This document shows positions 19,436-29,608 of a DNA stretch of 64,000 nt, piece by piece (the first letter of the stretch is position 1; each line of letters begins with the position of its first letter). Both the position numbers and the translations under genes were made by a program. The stretch spans positions 220,416 to 284,415 of the forward strand of contig JAZAHK010000003.1 of assembly GCA_036231405.1 (NCBI GenBank). Reading direction: 5' to 3'. The notes under the pieces were generated by a model. That model searched no databases. It saw only the letters and a list, made by a program, of their open reading frames with translations, and had not been told where the DNA came from. The stretch is from Nitrospinota bacterium (GTDB taxonomy: Bacteria; UBA8248).

Positions 19436-20401
19436 TTAAATGTTTAAAACTGATTCCCCGAATAATTCGTCTGTCTGAATTACCCTATCAGTCAAACCTT
19501 GTTCATGTGCGTACAAAGCAAGTTTTTCTAAAGTCTTATGATTTCTTTTTACTCCATACGGCCAGTAATTGTCTCCAAAAATAGAACGTGTTTCCTCCAT
19601 AAAAGCCGGTAAAAAAGGAATCATAGCAGAAAGCGCCCCTGTATCGTTCAAATTTTCTATTGTTTTTTTTCTACTCTCTTCGAGGGCGTCGTATATATTT
19701 TTCAATAACCACGGAAATTTTTCATTGAGCTGTTTTTTCAAAACAACACAATGCATTATAGGATGAATTTGAGTCTTTTTATAATAATCTATTTCATCCT
19801 TTTTATAGTCAGGAAACAAGCGGAAAACTTTATCAGGACTCCTCAAAAATGCTTTAGGAACCTGATGTATAAGAGCAGCATCTATTTCACCTGTTTCAAG
19901 CATATCTGACAAGTTTTTATCGACAGGTATAAAACTTATTTTACAGCCGCTTGGCATTTCTATAGGGACCCTGGGTTCTTTCGCAGCAACCCATTCTACA
20001 GTTTTAATATCCAGGTCCTACTCTTCTTTCAATATTCCTATTATCCATACAACTGCAGTCATACCCCATTCTCTAATTCCTATTTTCTTTCCGTTCAAAT
20101 CAGAAGGGGCCTTGATACCTGAACTGGTATTAGCATAAACCATAGAATGTCTAAAAACACGACTGGGAAAAGCTGGAATCCCTACGAATGGGGAGTTGCC
20201 CTTCCCAAGTAGAAATAGGTGTGCGCCCATTGACATCTCAGACAAATCAAATTCTTGGTATCTGCACATTCGATAGAAAATATCACTAGGGGGAAATTTT
20301 AAAACTCTTAGATTCACACCTGCAGGTATCATTCCATCAGTATCTAAAAAATGTGTTCGATCATAATTTCCAAATGCTCCAGTTAATTCCAAATCTGACA
20401 T
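19436..20401 (-). pseudogene. 4,5-dihydroxyphthalate decarboxylase-like protein interrupted by a single in-frame TAG
   Basis: Track ORFs 20018..20401 and 19436..19957 are in the same frame and joined by open codons (GILKEE*DLDIKTVEWVAAKEPRVPIEM). Motifs YDRT, EFDLSEMS, FPSRVFRHS, HPIMH and YWPYG. Confidence 0.8.
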
Positions 20402-20650
20402 TAAAGTAATTCCTCATTTTTAGAGAATAATTTAGTAAAAGAAGAAGATACAGATCTCTCATAAACCGAAGTGAAGAGCAAGAAATCTTTATTTTCTAAG
20501 AACTAGATTTTAATGCTCATCACAACCAAAAAAAAAAAAAATCCAGATAGGTTTTTTAATTGAAACTGATACAATGTACAAAATTTGAATCGGAAAGAAA
20601 ACTAGCCTCACTTAAAGAACTATTTTCTAAAAATATATGAATGGAAAAAG

Positions 20651-22258
20651 ATGAATAACGCAGATTTAATTGTTAAAACGTTAAAAAAAGCAGGAGTCAA
20701 ATACGGATTTGGGATACCAAGCGGCAATGTTCTTCCGTTGATGGAAGCTATGAGGAAAGGTGGTATAGACTTCATCCTAACAGCACATGAGGGTTCGGCA
20801 AGTTTTGCTGCCGACGTGATGGGTCGTCTTACTGGCAAACCTGGGTTTTGTATCTCGACTCTCGGTCCTGGGGCAACAAATCTTTCCACAGGGATAGGCA
20901 GCGCATTTCTCGATCGTTCTCCAGTTATAGGGATTACGTGTAATCTGAAAACTGATCAAATAGGACGTCGTATACAAATGTACATAGATCATCATAAACT
21001 TTTTGAACCTATCACAAAGTCTAGTTTTGCTTTTAGAAAGAACAAAGTGGCTTCTACTCTTAAAAAGAGTATAGAGATAGTTAAAACTGATCCTCTTGGG
21101 CCCGTACATCTAGACCTTCCAGAAGATATAGCACTCCTAAAAACAACCGAAAAAGTTCCCTTAATACCGAAAAGAACATATATGAAAAAAACTTCAAATC
21201 GATCTCTTCAAAAAGCAATCAAAATCCTAAGCGGATCTGAAAAACCGATTGCAATTCTCGGTGCCTCAACCACAAGAATGAGAAATCCTGATCTTATTAT
21301 AAAATTTTTAGAGAAATTCCAAATTCCCTTTGCTTCTACAACAATGGCCAAAGGTATAATTTCAGAGGAGCATCCTCTTTCTCTAGGATGTATAGAAAGA
21401 GGAAAAAGGCAGTTTCAAAGAGAATTTTTGAGTACTTCTGATCTAATAGTAGGATTAGGGTATGACGTCATAGAAGTAGAGTACGAAGCATGGATTAGAG
21501 ACACTGCTTTACTCAACATAGACATAGAAAATGCAGATACTGATAAGTCCGTCAAAATTGTGCATGAAGTTGTTGGTGACCTTGATTTCTCAATACAGAG
21601 CTTATCTAAACAAATAGGAAAAAAGGACGTATTTCACTGGAATAAAGATACAGTTTCCAAACATAAAGTTAATTTCCAGAAAGCTTTAAGACCAAGGACA
21701 AAAGGTTTTGCAGCACACGAAGCAATCGATATCGTCCGACATGTTTTACCAAAAGATGGAATTATCTCTTTTGATGTTGGAGCACATACCCACCAAATTG
21801 CAAGTCAATGGACTGCATATGAACCAAAAACTTTTTTAATTACAAATGGATGGTCTTCCATGGGGTTTGGGTTGCCTGGAGCAATTTCTGCAAAATTAGC
21901 TTCTCCTGAACGCCCAGTTGTTGCTTTGATTGGAGATGGTTGTTTCCAAATGACATGCGGAGAACTTACTGTAGCCAAAAGATTGAACATTACTCTTCCC
22001 GTCGTTGTATTAGATGATAGTTGGCTCTCTTTGATCCAAGTAAAACAAGACAGGAGATCCTACGAGTTATATGGGACAAAACTAAATGAAAAATCTCCGA
22101 AATCACCACCTTCTCATTACTTTGGAGTTCCTGCTTTTGGGGCAAATACTCCGGATAGCCTTGAGAAATTATTGAAAAAATCTTTTAAATTACAAGGGCC
22201 TTCAGTAATAGAAGCAAAAGTAAATCCTGAACATTATATGGAAACAGTTTTTGATTGA
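20651..22258 (+). CDS. ThDP-dependent enzyme, acetolactate synthase-like
   Basis: FGIPSG, HEGSASFAAD, TLGPGATN, DVGAH, SSMGFGLP and GDGCFQM. Confidence 0.9.
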   Translation: MNNADLIVKTLKKAGVKYGFGIPSGNVLPLMEAMRKGGIDFILTAHEGSASFAADVMGRLTGKPGFCISTLGPGATNLSTGIGSAFLDRSPVIGITCNLKTDQIGRRIQMYIDHHKLFEPITKSSFAFRKNKVASTLKKSIEIVKTDPLGPVHLDLPEDIALLKTTEKVPLIPKRTYMKKTSNRSLQKAIKILSGSEKPIAILGASTTRMRNPDLIIKFLEKFQIPFASTTMAKGIISEEHPLSLGCIERGKRQFQREFLSTSDLIVGLGYDVIEVEYEAWIRDTALLNIDIENADTDKSVKIVHEVVGDLDFSIQSLSKQIGKKDVFHWNKDTVSKHKVNFQKALRPRTKGFAAHEAIDIVRHVLPKDGIISFDVGAHTHQIASQWTAYEPKTFLITNGWSSMGFGLPGAISAKLASPERPVVALIGDGCFQMTCGELTVAKRLNITLPVVVLDDSWLSLIQVKQDRRSYELYGTKLNEKSPKSPPSHYFGVPAFGANTPDSLEKLLKKSFKLQGPSVIEAKVNPEHYMETVFD

Positions 22259-22281
22259 TTAAAAAAAAATAAGGCAATCTA

Positions 22282-24063
22282 ATGGAATTTGAAAAAGTTG
22301 GGATAGTTGGTGTAGGCACCATGGGTTCTAATATCGCTATTTTATCTGCCAAAGCAGGATTCAATACACTCATTACAGATGAAAATGAAGAAAATTTGAA
22401 CTATGGTTTTCAAAATATTAAAAAATTTCTATCCGCCGGAATTACAAAAAGGAAACTTACCGCGATTCAAAAAGAATCAATTGAAAGCTCTATTGAAAAA
22501 ATAGAAACAATCCAAGGACTGCGCGATTGTGACATAATAATCGAAGCAATAGTCGAAGATCAAAAAGCTAAAAATAAACTTTTAAAAAATTTAAACTCGA
22601 TTGTAAAAGAAGAAACTATTTTTGCATCAAATACGAGCACTCTATCAATCAGTAACATGGGATTACATTCTGGTCGACCAGATAGAACAGTTGGGACCCA
22701 TTTTTGTCTTCCAGCAGCCTTAAATAAAACAGTTGAGATTTCGCCAGGCATGCACACGAGTGAAAATACATATAAAAAAACGTTTAAATTTTTAGAAAAA
22801 TTGGGACAAATTCCTACGAAAACAAAAGACTCTCCTGGTTTTATTTTAAATTATTTCCTATCCCCTTTTTTAAATGATTGTATTCATCTCGTTGAAATTG
22901 GATATACCAATCCAAAGGACCTAGACACTGCGGTTAAGCTTGGGCTTGGTTATAAAATAGGGCCTATGGAATTGCTTGACATTGAAGGTCTAGACATTCA
23001 TAGAACCGTCTCTCTATCTCTTTACGAACAACTTAAAGATCCTAGGTATATACCTCCAGATTTAATTAATAAGATGATTGACTCTGGTCATCTCGGAACG
23101 AAAACTGGAAAAGGGTTTTATAACTATAAAACACCAGGTTTTTTTGGGACAGCTGAGAGAGAAGATGAATCTGTACAAAAAAAAGAAGAGATCCATTTTC
23201 CTGAAAATATAAAAAAAATTGGTGTCGTAGGCTTAGGAACTATGGGTAGTGGTATCGCACAAGTTTGTTTAACTTCGGGATTTGAAGTGCTCGGAGTAGA
23301 AGAGAACGAAGAAGTTTTAAGTAGCGGGTTAGGAAAAATAGAGGGAAATCTAGAAGTCGCCGTTCAAAGAGGAAAACTAGACTCCTCTTCTAAATCAGAG
23401 ACTTTAACTCGCCTACAAGGCTCAACTGAAATAAATTCTTTGGCTGAGTGTGACTTGGTTATTGAGGTCATAATCGAAAATATTGATGCAAAGATCAAAA
23501 TATTTAAAGAACTTGACAGAATAGTAAAGAAGGATTCTTTCCTAGCAACAAATACTTCGTGTCTATCTGTCACATCCATTGCCTCTGCAACAAATAGACC
23601 TGATAAGGTGCTCGGACTACATTTTTTCAATCCCCCATACGCAATGAAACTTGTAGAAGTAATACAAGCAATTCAAACTTCTGGAGAGACTTTCGAATTT
23701 GGCAAAGAATTTTGCAAACAAATAGGAAAAGTACCTATTCCTGTTCAAGATCGACCTGGTTTCCTCGTTAACCGTCTTTTAATTCCATATCTGAATCATG
23801 CTGCCCAAGCATTCGATGAAAAATTAGCTACCCGAGAAGATATGGACAGAGTAATCAGTTCGGGATTAGGTTATCCTATGGGGCCACTCACACTGATGGA
23901 TTTGGTAGGAATTGACGTTCAGACATTTGTTTCAGAAGCAATGTTTGAAGAACTTGGGGAATCTCGTTTTATGCCACCGCCTATATTAAGTCGTATGACT
24001 TCTGCAAAATGGTTAGGCAGAAAATCAGGGAGTGGATTTTACGAGTATAAAAAAATAAGATGA
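22282..24063 (+). CDS. 3-hydroxyacyl-CoA dehydrogenase with two complete tandem units
   Basis: Two GxGTMG Rossmann motifs, two [S/T]NTS motifs, HFCLP and HFFNP, PGFILN and PGFLVN, and two GxKxGxGFY. Confidence 0.9.
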   Translation: MEFEKVGIVGVGTMGSNIAILSAKAGFNTLITDENEENLNYGFQNIKKFLSAGITKRKLTAIQKESIESSIEKIETIQGLRDCDIIIEAIVEDQKAKNKLLKNLNSIVKEETIFASNTSTLSISNMGLHSGRPDRTVGTHFCLPAALNKTVEISPGMHTSENTYKKTFKFLEKLGQIPTKTKDSPGFILNYFLSPFLNDCIHLVEIGYTNPKDLDTAVKLGLGYKIGPMELLDIEGLDIHRTVSLSLYEQLKDPRYIPPDLINKMIDSGHLGTKTGKGFYNYKTPGFFGTAEREDESVQKKEEIHFPENIKKIGVVGLGTMGSGIAQVCLTSGFEVLGVEENEEVLSSGLGKIEGNLEVAVQRGKLDSSSKSETLTRLQGSTEINSLAECDLVIEVIIENIDAKIKIFKELDRIVKKDSFLATNTSCLSVTSIASATNRPDKVLGLHFFNPPYAMKLVEVIQAIQTSGETFEFGKEFCKQIGKVPIPVQDRPGFLVNRLLIPYLNHAAQAFDEKLATREDMDRVISSGLGYPMGPLTLMDLVGIDVQTFVSEAMFEELGESRFMPPPILSRMTSAKWLGRKSGSGFYEYKKIR

Positions 24064-24094
24064 AATTTCATTAATCAAAACTACAGAGTCAAGG

Positions 24095-25045
24095 ATGCAT
24101 CGAAAATTCACTAAACCAACAGTTGTAATAAGTAAATGTCTGGAATTCGAAGCATGTAGATATAATGGGCTAAAAATAAGTTTTGACCCACTTACTTTAA
24201 TGATGCCTCACATTGATTTTGTTCCAGTTTGCCCGGAAGTCGAAATTGGTCTTGGAACACCTAGAGACCCTATAAGAATAGTTAAAAAGAAGAATTTAAC
24301 ACTTGTACAACCTTCAACAAATAAGAAACTTACTCTCGCTATGAATCAATTCACAAACTCATTTCTAGATAATTTGAAAACTGTGGATGGTTTCATTTTA
24401 AAAGCGAAATCACCTTCTTGCGCAATAAAGGATGCAAAGTATTACTACAAAAAAGATAAAGAACAAAGTGCTGGTGAAGGACCAGGCCTATTTACAAAAA
24501 AAGTTGTCAAATTATTCCCATGTCTAGCAATAGAAGATGAGGGAAGACTTAGCAATTTTCACATTAGAGAACATTTCCTGACTAAGCTTTTTGCCCTATC
24601 ATCATTTAGAAATACTAAAAGAACAAAAAAAATATCTGCATTGATTAAGTACCATGTAGATAATAAATTTTTAATGATGGCTTATAACGAAAAATTGATG
24701 AGAATTCTAGGAAAAGTCGTTGCCTCTTATGATAAATTTAATTTAAAAAAAGTGTTTAAATTATATGAGAAGAATCTACAACTGGTATTCGAAAAACCGT
24801 ATAAACGAAAAACTAATATTAATGTCTTGATGCACGCGATGGGATTTTTCTCTAAACTTTTAACTAAGAAAGAAAAAAAAATCATATTGGATCTTTTTCA
24901 ACAATACTCAGATAGAAGAATCCCATTGTCCGATCTTATACAAATTATCCGTTCTTGGATTACAAGATATGAGAACATCTATCTTCAGAATCAGACCTAT
25001 TTCGAACCATATCCGTTCAAATTAATGGATATTTCAAATTTCTGA
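24095..25045 (+). CDS. DUF523-DUF1722 (YbgA-like) thiouracil/thiouridine desulfidase-family protein
   Basis: SKCL...CRYNG, PVCPEVEIGLGTPRDPIR, KSPSC and EDEGRL; C-terminal NVLMHAMGFF...YLQNQTYFEPYP. Confidence 0.85.
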   Translation: MHRKFTKPTVVISKCLEFEACRYNGLKISFDPLTLMMPHIDFVPVCPEVEIGLGTPRDPIRIVKKKNLTLVQPSTNKKLTLAMNQFTNSFLDNLKTVDGFILKAKSPSCAIKDAKYYYKKDKEQSAGEGPGLFTKKVVKLFPCLAIEDEGRLSNFHIREHFLTKLFALSSFRNTKRTKKISALIKYHVDNKFLMMAYNEKLMRILGKVVASYDKFNLKKVFKLYEKNLQLVFEKPYKRKTNINVLMHAMGFFSKLLTKKEKKIILDLFQQYSDRRIPLSDLIQIIRSWITRYENIYLQNQTYFEPYPFKLMDISNF

Positions 25046-25084
25046 AAAGGGAATTTGTGAAAATTTTAGATACGGGAGAAAAAA

Positions 25085-26116
25085 ATGAAGTGTATTCGTT
25101 TTCATGAATATGGAGGACCTGAAGTTTTAAAGATAGAAGATATAAAAGAGCCTTCTCTTAGTCCCGGAAAAGTTTTAGTTAAAGTAAAAGCCGTCGGACT
25201 TAATCACCTTGACCTCTGGGTAAGAAAAGGATTGCCAGGAATCAAATCTATAATGCCACATATAGGAGGTTCAGATTTTACGGGAGAAATAGTTGGATTA
25301 GGAGAAGGAGTCAACGATTTAGAAGTTGGACAATCTGTAATAGATTTTCCTTTGGAAAGTTACGGAGGAGTCCCATTCTACTTGTGTGATGACCCTCCTG
25401 AAGGTAGATTTGAAATTATTGGAGAACAATCGAATGGTGCATGTTGTGAGTATATTAATGTTAATAGGCCTAACATATTACCTTTACCCAAAAATCTTAC
25501 TTTCGAAGAAGGGGCTGCTATTCCTATTGTATTTATAACAGCTTGGAGGATGCTAACTGAAAGAGCAAAATTGCAGATGGGTGAAACTTTACTCATTCAA
25601 GGCGCAGGAAGCGGCGTGGGTTCAGCTGCAATACAAATTGGAAAACTGATTGGAGCGAAAGTAATAGCCTGTACGAGCAATGAAAAAAAAGCCAAACAAG
25701 CTGTCGATCTAGGGGCAGATGAAATAATTAACTACAAAACTGAATCTATTAGTGAAAGAGTTAGAGAAATTACAAAAAAAATTGGTGTAAATGTTGTTCT
25801 AGAACATGTAGGCGATGCTACTTGGAAAGAAAGTATAAAGAGCACTGCGTATCACGGTCGAATTGTAACGTGTGGAGCAACCACGGGATTCAAAGGAGAA
25901 ACAAACCTTGCTCTACTTTTTGCAAAACAACTCTCTGTCTTAGGAAGTACAATGGGAACTCTTCCTTCATTTAAAAAGATTTTATCGTTGTTTGAAGAAG
26001 GAAAATTAAAACCAGTCATCGACCGCATTATGAAACTTGAAGACTGCAAAAAGGCTCACGAATTATTAGAAGAAGGGAAGCAATTTGGGAAATTAGTCTT
26101 AAAAGTTAATGAATAA
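25085..26116 (+). CDS. Medium-chain dehydrogenase/NADPH:quinone oxidoreductase family
   Basis: GGPEVL, LNHLD, PHIGGSD, GAGSGVG, GRIVTCGAT and GKLVL. Confidence 0.9.
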   Translation: MKCIRFHEYGGPEVLKIEDIKEPSLSPGKVLVKVKAVGLNHLDLWVRKGLPGIKSIMPHIGGSDFTGEIVGLGEGVNDLEVGQSVIDFPLESYGGVPFYLCDDPPEGRFEIIGEQSNGACCEYINVNRPNILPLPKNLTFEEGAAIPIVFITAWRMLTERAKLQMGETLLIQGAGSGVGSAAIQIGKLIGAKVIACTSNEKKAKQAVDLGADEIINYKTESISERVREITKKIGVNVVLEHVGDATWKESIKSTAYHGRIVTCGATTGFKGETNLALLFAKQLSVLGSTMGTLPSFKKILSLFEEGKLKPVIDRIMKLEDCKKAHELLEEGKQFGKLVLKVNE

Positions 26117-26130
26117 AAATTAGAGGCCAT

Positions 26131-27282
26131 ATGTTAAATATTCCAGGTGTCATGAACGAGAATTTTTACCCTGACATTCCAATCTCCGAGTATGAGAGAA
26201 GACATATACTCACAGAAGAGAGAATGGACTTAGATGGTATTGATTGTTTAGTCATTTTTGGAGGAAGAGATAATCATTTGGCAAATCCAGAATCAAGATG
26301 GATTACAGGCTTAAACGATCGACATCTTTTTATGATAGTTTTCCAAAGAGAAGGTATTGCCACGATCTTTACTAAATCCAATAGGGCGTTAGAAAGTCTT
26401 CAGAAAAGAACTATATTCAAAGATATTAGATTAACCCAAACTACTTATGAAAAAACACTGATCGAGCACCTTAGAAAAATTGATCTACAAGAAGGGAAAA
26501 TAGGATTTTTAAGAGCCAGAAATAATTTTCAGTTTCCAAAACTCAATTTAAAAGAAATTCAATCGGAACTTCCAAAGATACATTTTGAACTGGAACTTGA
26601 TAATTTTTCTGAATTAATACATCAAAAAAGTTCTACTGAACTTGTTTTCTACCGCTATGGGGCTAAATGCACTGATATTGCAGCAGAAACGTATATCCAA
26701 AAAATTGAGGCCAATAAAACAGAAAGAGAACTGTTTGGGGAACTATTTAAATCAGGATTCAGTGCTGGAGGGATAACAGAATTTTGTGCTGTTTCCATAA
26801 ATTCTAACCTACAAAGTTGTACCGAACCTACAATCAATCCTTCATTAAAAAAAGTGTCTAAAAAAGATTTCATTTTAAGCCAGTTGAGTGTGTCTTACGG
26901 AAACTGCCCTGGTTATATTCTTTTTCCTTTAGTTATTGGTCCACCAGATCCTATTTTTGAACAAGTTTTTTCGCTTTCTGCTAATACAATTAGAACGATT
27001 TCTCCTCTCATTAAACCTGGGAGAACTATTAAAGAAATTTTTATGGAGGCTAGAGAATTATCCACTTCAAAGTTTGAAATTACTGAATTCATTTCAGAAG
27101 GAAACAACCATTACAACAGTTTCACAAATTTCTCAGAAGAACTAAAAGAAAATCAATTGATAATAGTGCAACCTAGGTGGTCAATCGAACAAAAAGAAAT
27201 CCCACCTTTAATAGGTTCCCTTCACGTAGTTACAGAAGAAGGTGGGAAAAAATTCCAGAATTTTGAATCAGAACTAAAATAA
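26131..27282 (+). CDS. Degenerate M24/creatinase-fold protein
   Basis: N-terminal EYERR...GIDCLVI, KSSTEL, IKPGRT and VVTEEG; metal-ligand positions are not conserved. Confidence 0.6.
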   Translation: MLNIPGVMNENFYPDIPISEYERRHILTEERMDLDGIDCLVIFGGRDNHLANPESRWITGLNDRHLFMIVFQREGIATIFTKSNRALESLQKRTIFKDIRLTQTTYEKTLIEHLRKIDLQEGKIGFLRARNNFQFPKLNLKEIQSELPKIHFELELDNFSELIHQKSSTELVFYRYGAKCTDIAAETYIQKIEANKTERELFGELFKSGFSAGGITEFCAVSINSNLQSCTEPTINPSLKKVSKKDFILSQLSVSYGNCPGYILFPLVIGPPDPIFEQVFSLSANTIRTISPLIKPGRTIKEIFMEARELSTSKFEITEFISEGNNHYNSFTNFSEELKENQLIIVQPRWSIEQKEIPPLIGSLHVVTEEGGKKFQNFESELK

Positions 27283-27337
27283 TTTAAAATCAAACTCTGA
27301 CCTTTTCTCATTATAAAAAGGGGTGTATTTTCTTAAT

Positions 27338-27434
27338 GGGAGCACATCGGTGCTGGTGTGCCGCCTGGACTTCAAATCCAGTGGACGGGTCTAAACAATT
27401 CGTCGGTGGGTTCGACTCCCACGTGCTTCCGCCA
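27338..27434 (+). tRNA. selC: tRNA-Sec (anticodon TCA)
   Basis: 97 nt; 8-bp acceptor stem GGGAGCAC/GTGCTTCC ending in GCCA; anticodon arm CTGGA-CTTCAAA-TCCAG; long variable arm; GTTCGAC T-loop. Confidence 0.96.
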
Positions 27435-27460
27435 CTCTAGGGATTCCCAAACTCAATCAA

Positions 27461-28453
27461 CTACTTTCTAGATAATTTCAAAAACCAGTCTGCAGTTTCT
27501 TTTTTGATCGTTTCAGATGTCCAAAGAGGAGCATCTTCCCAATCCTTAAGATTATCTAACATAATTTTCACTCCAGAAGAGAATGAAATTTTTGCTTCCC
27601 ATCCCAAAAAATTTTTAATCTTTGAAACATCTGCGTGAGTACAATCAGGTTCTCCAGGTCTTTTTGGGATGTGTTCAACATTTTTACAATCTAAAAGTTC
27701 AACAAGCCTGTTGACACTTTGCGGATCACCAGACCCAACGTTAAAAATTTCTTGTTTAACTTGTGATTCTGCAGCTTTTAGAAATGCATCAACAACATCG
27801 GAAACAAAAGTAAAATCTCGAAGTTGTGTTCCATCTCCTACCACTGTAAGTGGCTTCCCATTAATTTTCTGTGCAAGGAAAACTCCAAAAACAGCGCCAT
27901 AAGTTCCGGTTGTTCTAGACCTAGGTCCATACACGTTAAATAGTCTAAGTGAAACAACCGGCAAATCATATATTTTTCCCCAATGTAAAACACATTCTTC
28001 GCCTAAATATTTAGTGAGTGCGTAAGGGTACTCTACCTGAATTATTGAAGATTCTGATGTGGGGTAAAGTTTAGGGATCCCATAGCAGGAAGAGGAAGCT
28101 GCGTATATAAAACTCTTTATATCATTTCTTCTTGAAAGTTCGAGAACATTCATTGTTCCTAGAGAATTTACGCGAAAATAATTCTCAGGATTACTTATGG
28201 ATGGAACAATATCCGCCAAACCAGCCAAATGAAAAACCCAGTCAATATTATAAAAATATTCAGAAATCTCTTCTTTTTCGGTGATGCTAGCATCAATAAT
28301 GGCAAGATTTTTATATGTTTTAGCTTTAGAAAGATTATCTGACCTACCAGTAGAAAAATCATCTATAACCACGACTTCATGATTCTCTGATAAAAGAGCA
28401 TCTACTAAATGACTGCCAATAAAACCAGCCCCGCCTGTTACAAGTGTTTTCAT
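27461..28453 (-). CDS. NAD-dependent NDP-sugar epimerase/dehydratase
   Basis: TGGAGFIGSHL, YALTK, LRLFNVYGPR and GDGTQLRDF. Confidence 0.92.
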   Translation of the reverse strand: MKTLVTGGAGFIGSHLVDALLSENHEVVVIDDFSTGRSDNLSKAKTYKNLAIIDASITEKEEISEYFYNIDWVFHLAGLADIVPSISNPENYFRVNSLGTMNVLELSRRNDIKSFIYAASSSCYGIPKLYPTSESSIIQVEYPYALTKYLGEECVLHWGKIYDLPVVSLRLFNVYGPRSRTTGTYGAVFGVFLAQKINGKPLTVVGDGTQLRDFTFVSDVVDAFLKAAESQVKQEIFNVGSGDPQSVNRLVELLDCKNVEHIPKRPGEPDCTHADVSKIKNFLGWEAKISFSSGVKIMLDNLKDWEDAPLWTSETIKKETADWFLKLSRK

Positions 28454-28479
28454 TTACAAATCCATTTCTTTTTATGACC

Positions 28480-29589
28480 CTATCTTTTCTTGCCATAGAA
28501 AGAAAAAACAGAATCTATTGTAAAGTCTAATTCGACATCAGTTAGATGCTGATGAGCTGGCAGTGTTATAATTTCGGAGCAATCCCTTTCTGCAAAAGGA
28601 AAATCTCCTTTTTTGTAACCAAGATATTCAGATGCTTTCTGAAGGTGAACAGGGATCGGATAATGAATCTTAGCTTCAACTCCACGTTCTTGTAAAAATT
28701 GTAGAAGTTCATCCCTTTTTTCCGCTCTAACTATATATAAGTGAAACACATGCTTTACACCTTCCCTCCTCACAGGAACCCGAACATTACCATCTAATAA
28801 AGCAAGCGCTTCATCGTATTTTTTTGCATTTTGTATTCTTTTTTCAGTGATAAATGTCGTTTGTTCTATTAAGCGATTACCTATAACGGCTTGCAAAGTA
28901 TCCATCCTACAGTTAACACCAAAAATACCAATTTCATCCCTATTAATCATCCCATGGTTTCTGTAAAGACGAAGTTTTTCAGATAGTTCATCATTCCCAG
29001 TCAGAACTACTCCAGCATCTCCCCATACATTAAGATTCTTAAGTGGATGAAGACTAAATGAAACTGCATTTCCCCAAGAACCAACCATCAAATCGTTTAT
29101 GGAAGCACAAATTGATTGACATGCGTCTTCAACAATAAATAAATTGTGTTTTTTGGCTATAGAAATTATTTCAGGCATGTCCGCTACATTTCCCGTGTAA
29201 TGTACAGGAACAATTGCTTTAGTTTTAGGGGTGATAGCCTCCTCTATTTTACTAGGATCAATAACAAACCCATCTTCACTATCAACAAAAACTGGAGTTG
29301 CACCCGTCATAACGATCGCACCTACGGTAGCAATAAAAGTCATAGTAGTTGTGATAACTTCATCGCCAGGACCGATTCCCAACATTTTCAAAGGAAGCGC
29401 AATTGCATCTGTGCCAGTACCCACACCAATTGCGTGCTTTGCTCCCATGAGAGACGCAAAACTTTTTTCAAATTTTTCTAGAGAGTCTCCCAGGGTAAAA
29501 TCTCCAGATTCAACTAGTACTCTTACGTCTTCTATATAATCTTCTATATCAGAAAATTGCCTATCCAGATAAGAAAATGGAACTTTCAT
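28480..29589 (-). CDS. DegT/DnrJ/EryC1/StrS sugar aminotransferase
   Basis: GTGTDA, PVHYTG, EDACQS, SLHPLKN (PLP Lys) and HYPIP. Confidence 0.92.
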   Translation of the reverse strand: MKVPFSYLDRQFSDIEDYIEDVRVLVESGDFTLGDSLEKFEKSFASLMGAKHAIGVGTGTDAIALPLKMLGIGPGDEVITTTMTFIATVGAIVMTGATPVFVDSEDGFVIDPSKIEEAITPKTKAIVPVHYTGNVADMPEIISIAKKHNLFIVEDACQSICASINDLMVGSWGNAVSFSLHPLKNLNVWGDAGVVLTGNDELSEKLRLYRNHGMINRDEIGIFGVNCRMDTLQAVIGNRLIEQTTFITEKRIQNAKKYDEALALLDGNVRVPVRREGVKHVFHLYIVRAEKRDELLQFLQERGVEAKIHYPIPVHLQKASEYLGYKKGDFPFAERDCSEIITLPAHQHLTDVELDFTIDSVFSFYGKKR

Positions 29590-29608
29590 TTTGAAATAAC
29601 TCCACTAA

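Noticed and set aside
20018-20020. Pyrrolysine or genome-wide TAG reassignment
   Set aside because: Several intact genes here end at TAG at their expected C-termini (for example 13088, 18295, 27461, 42033), and no pyl genes are visible.
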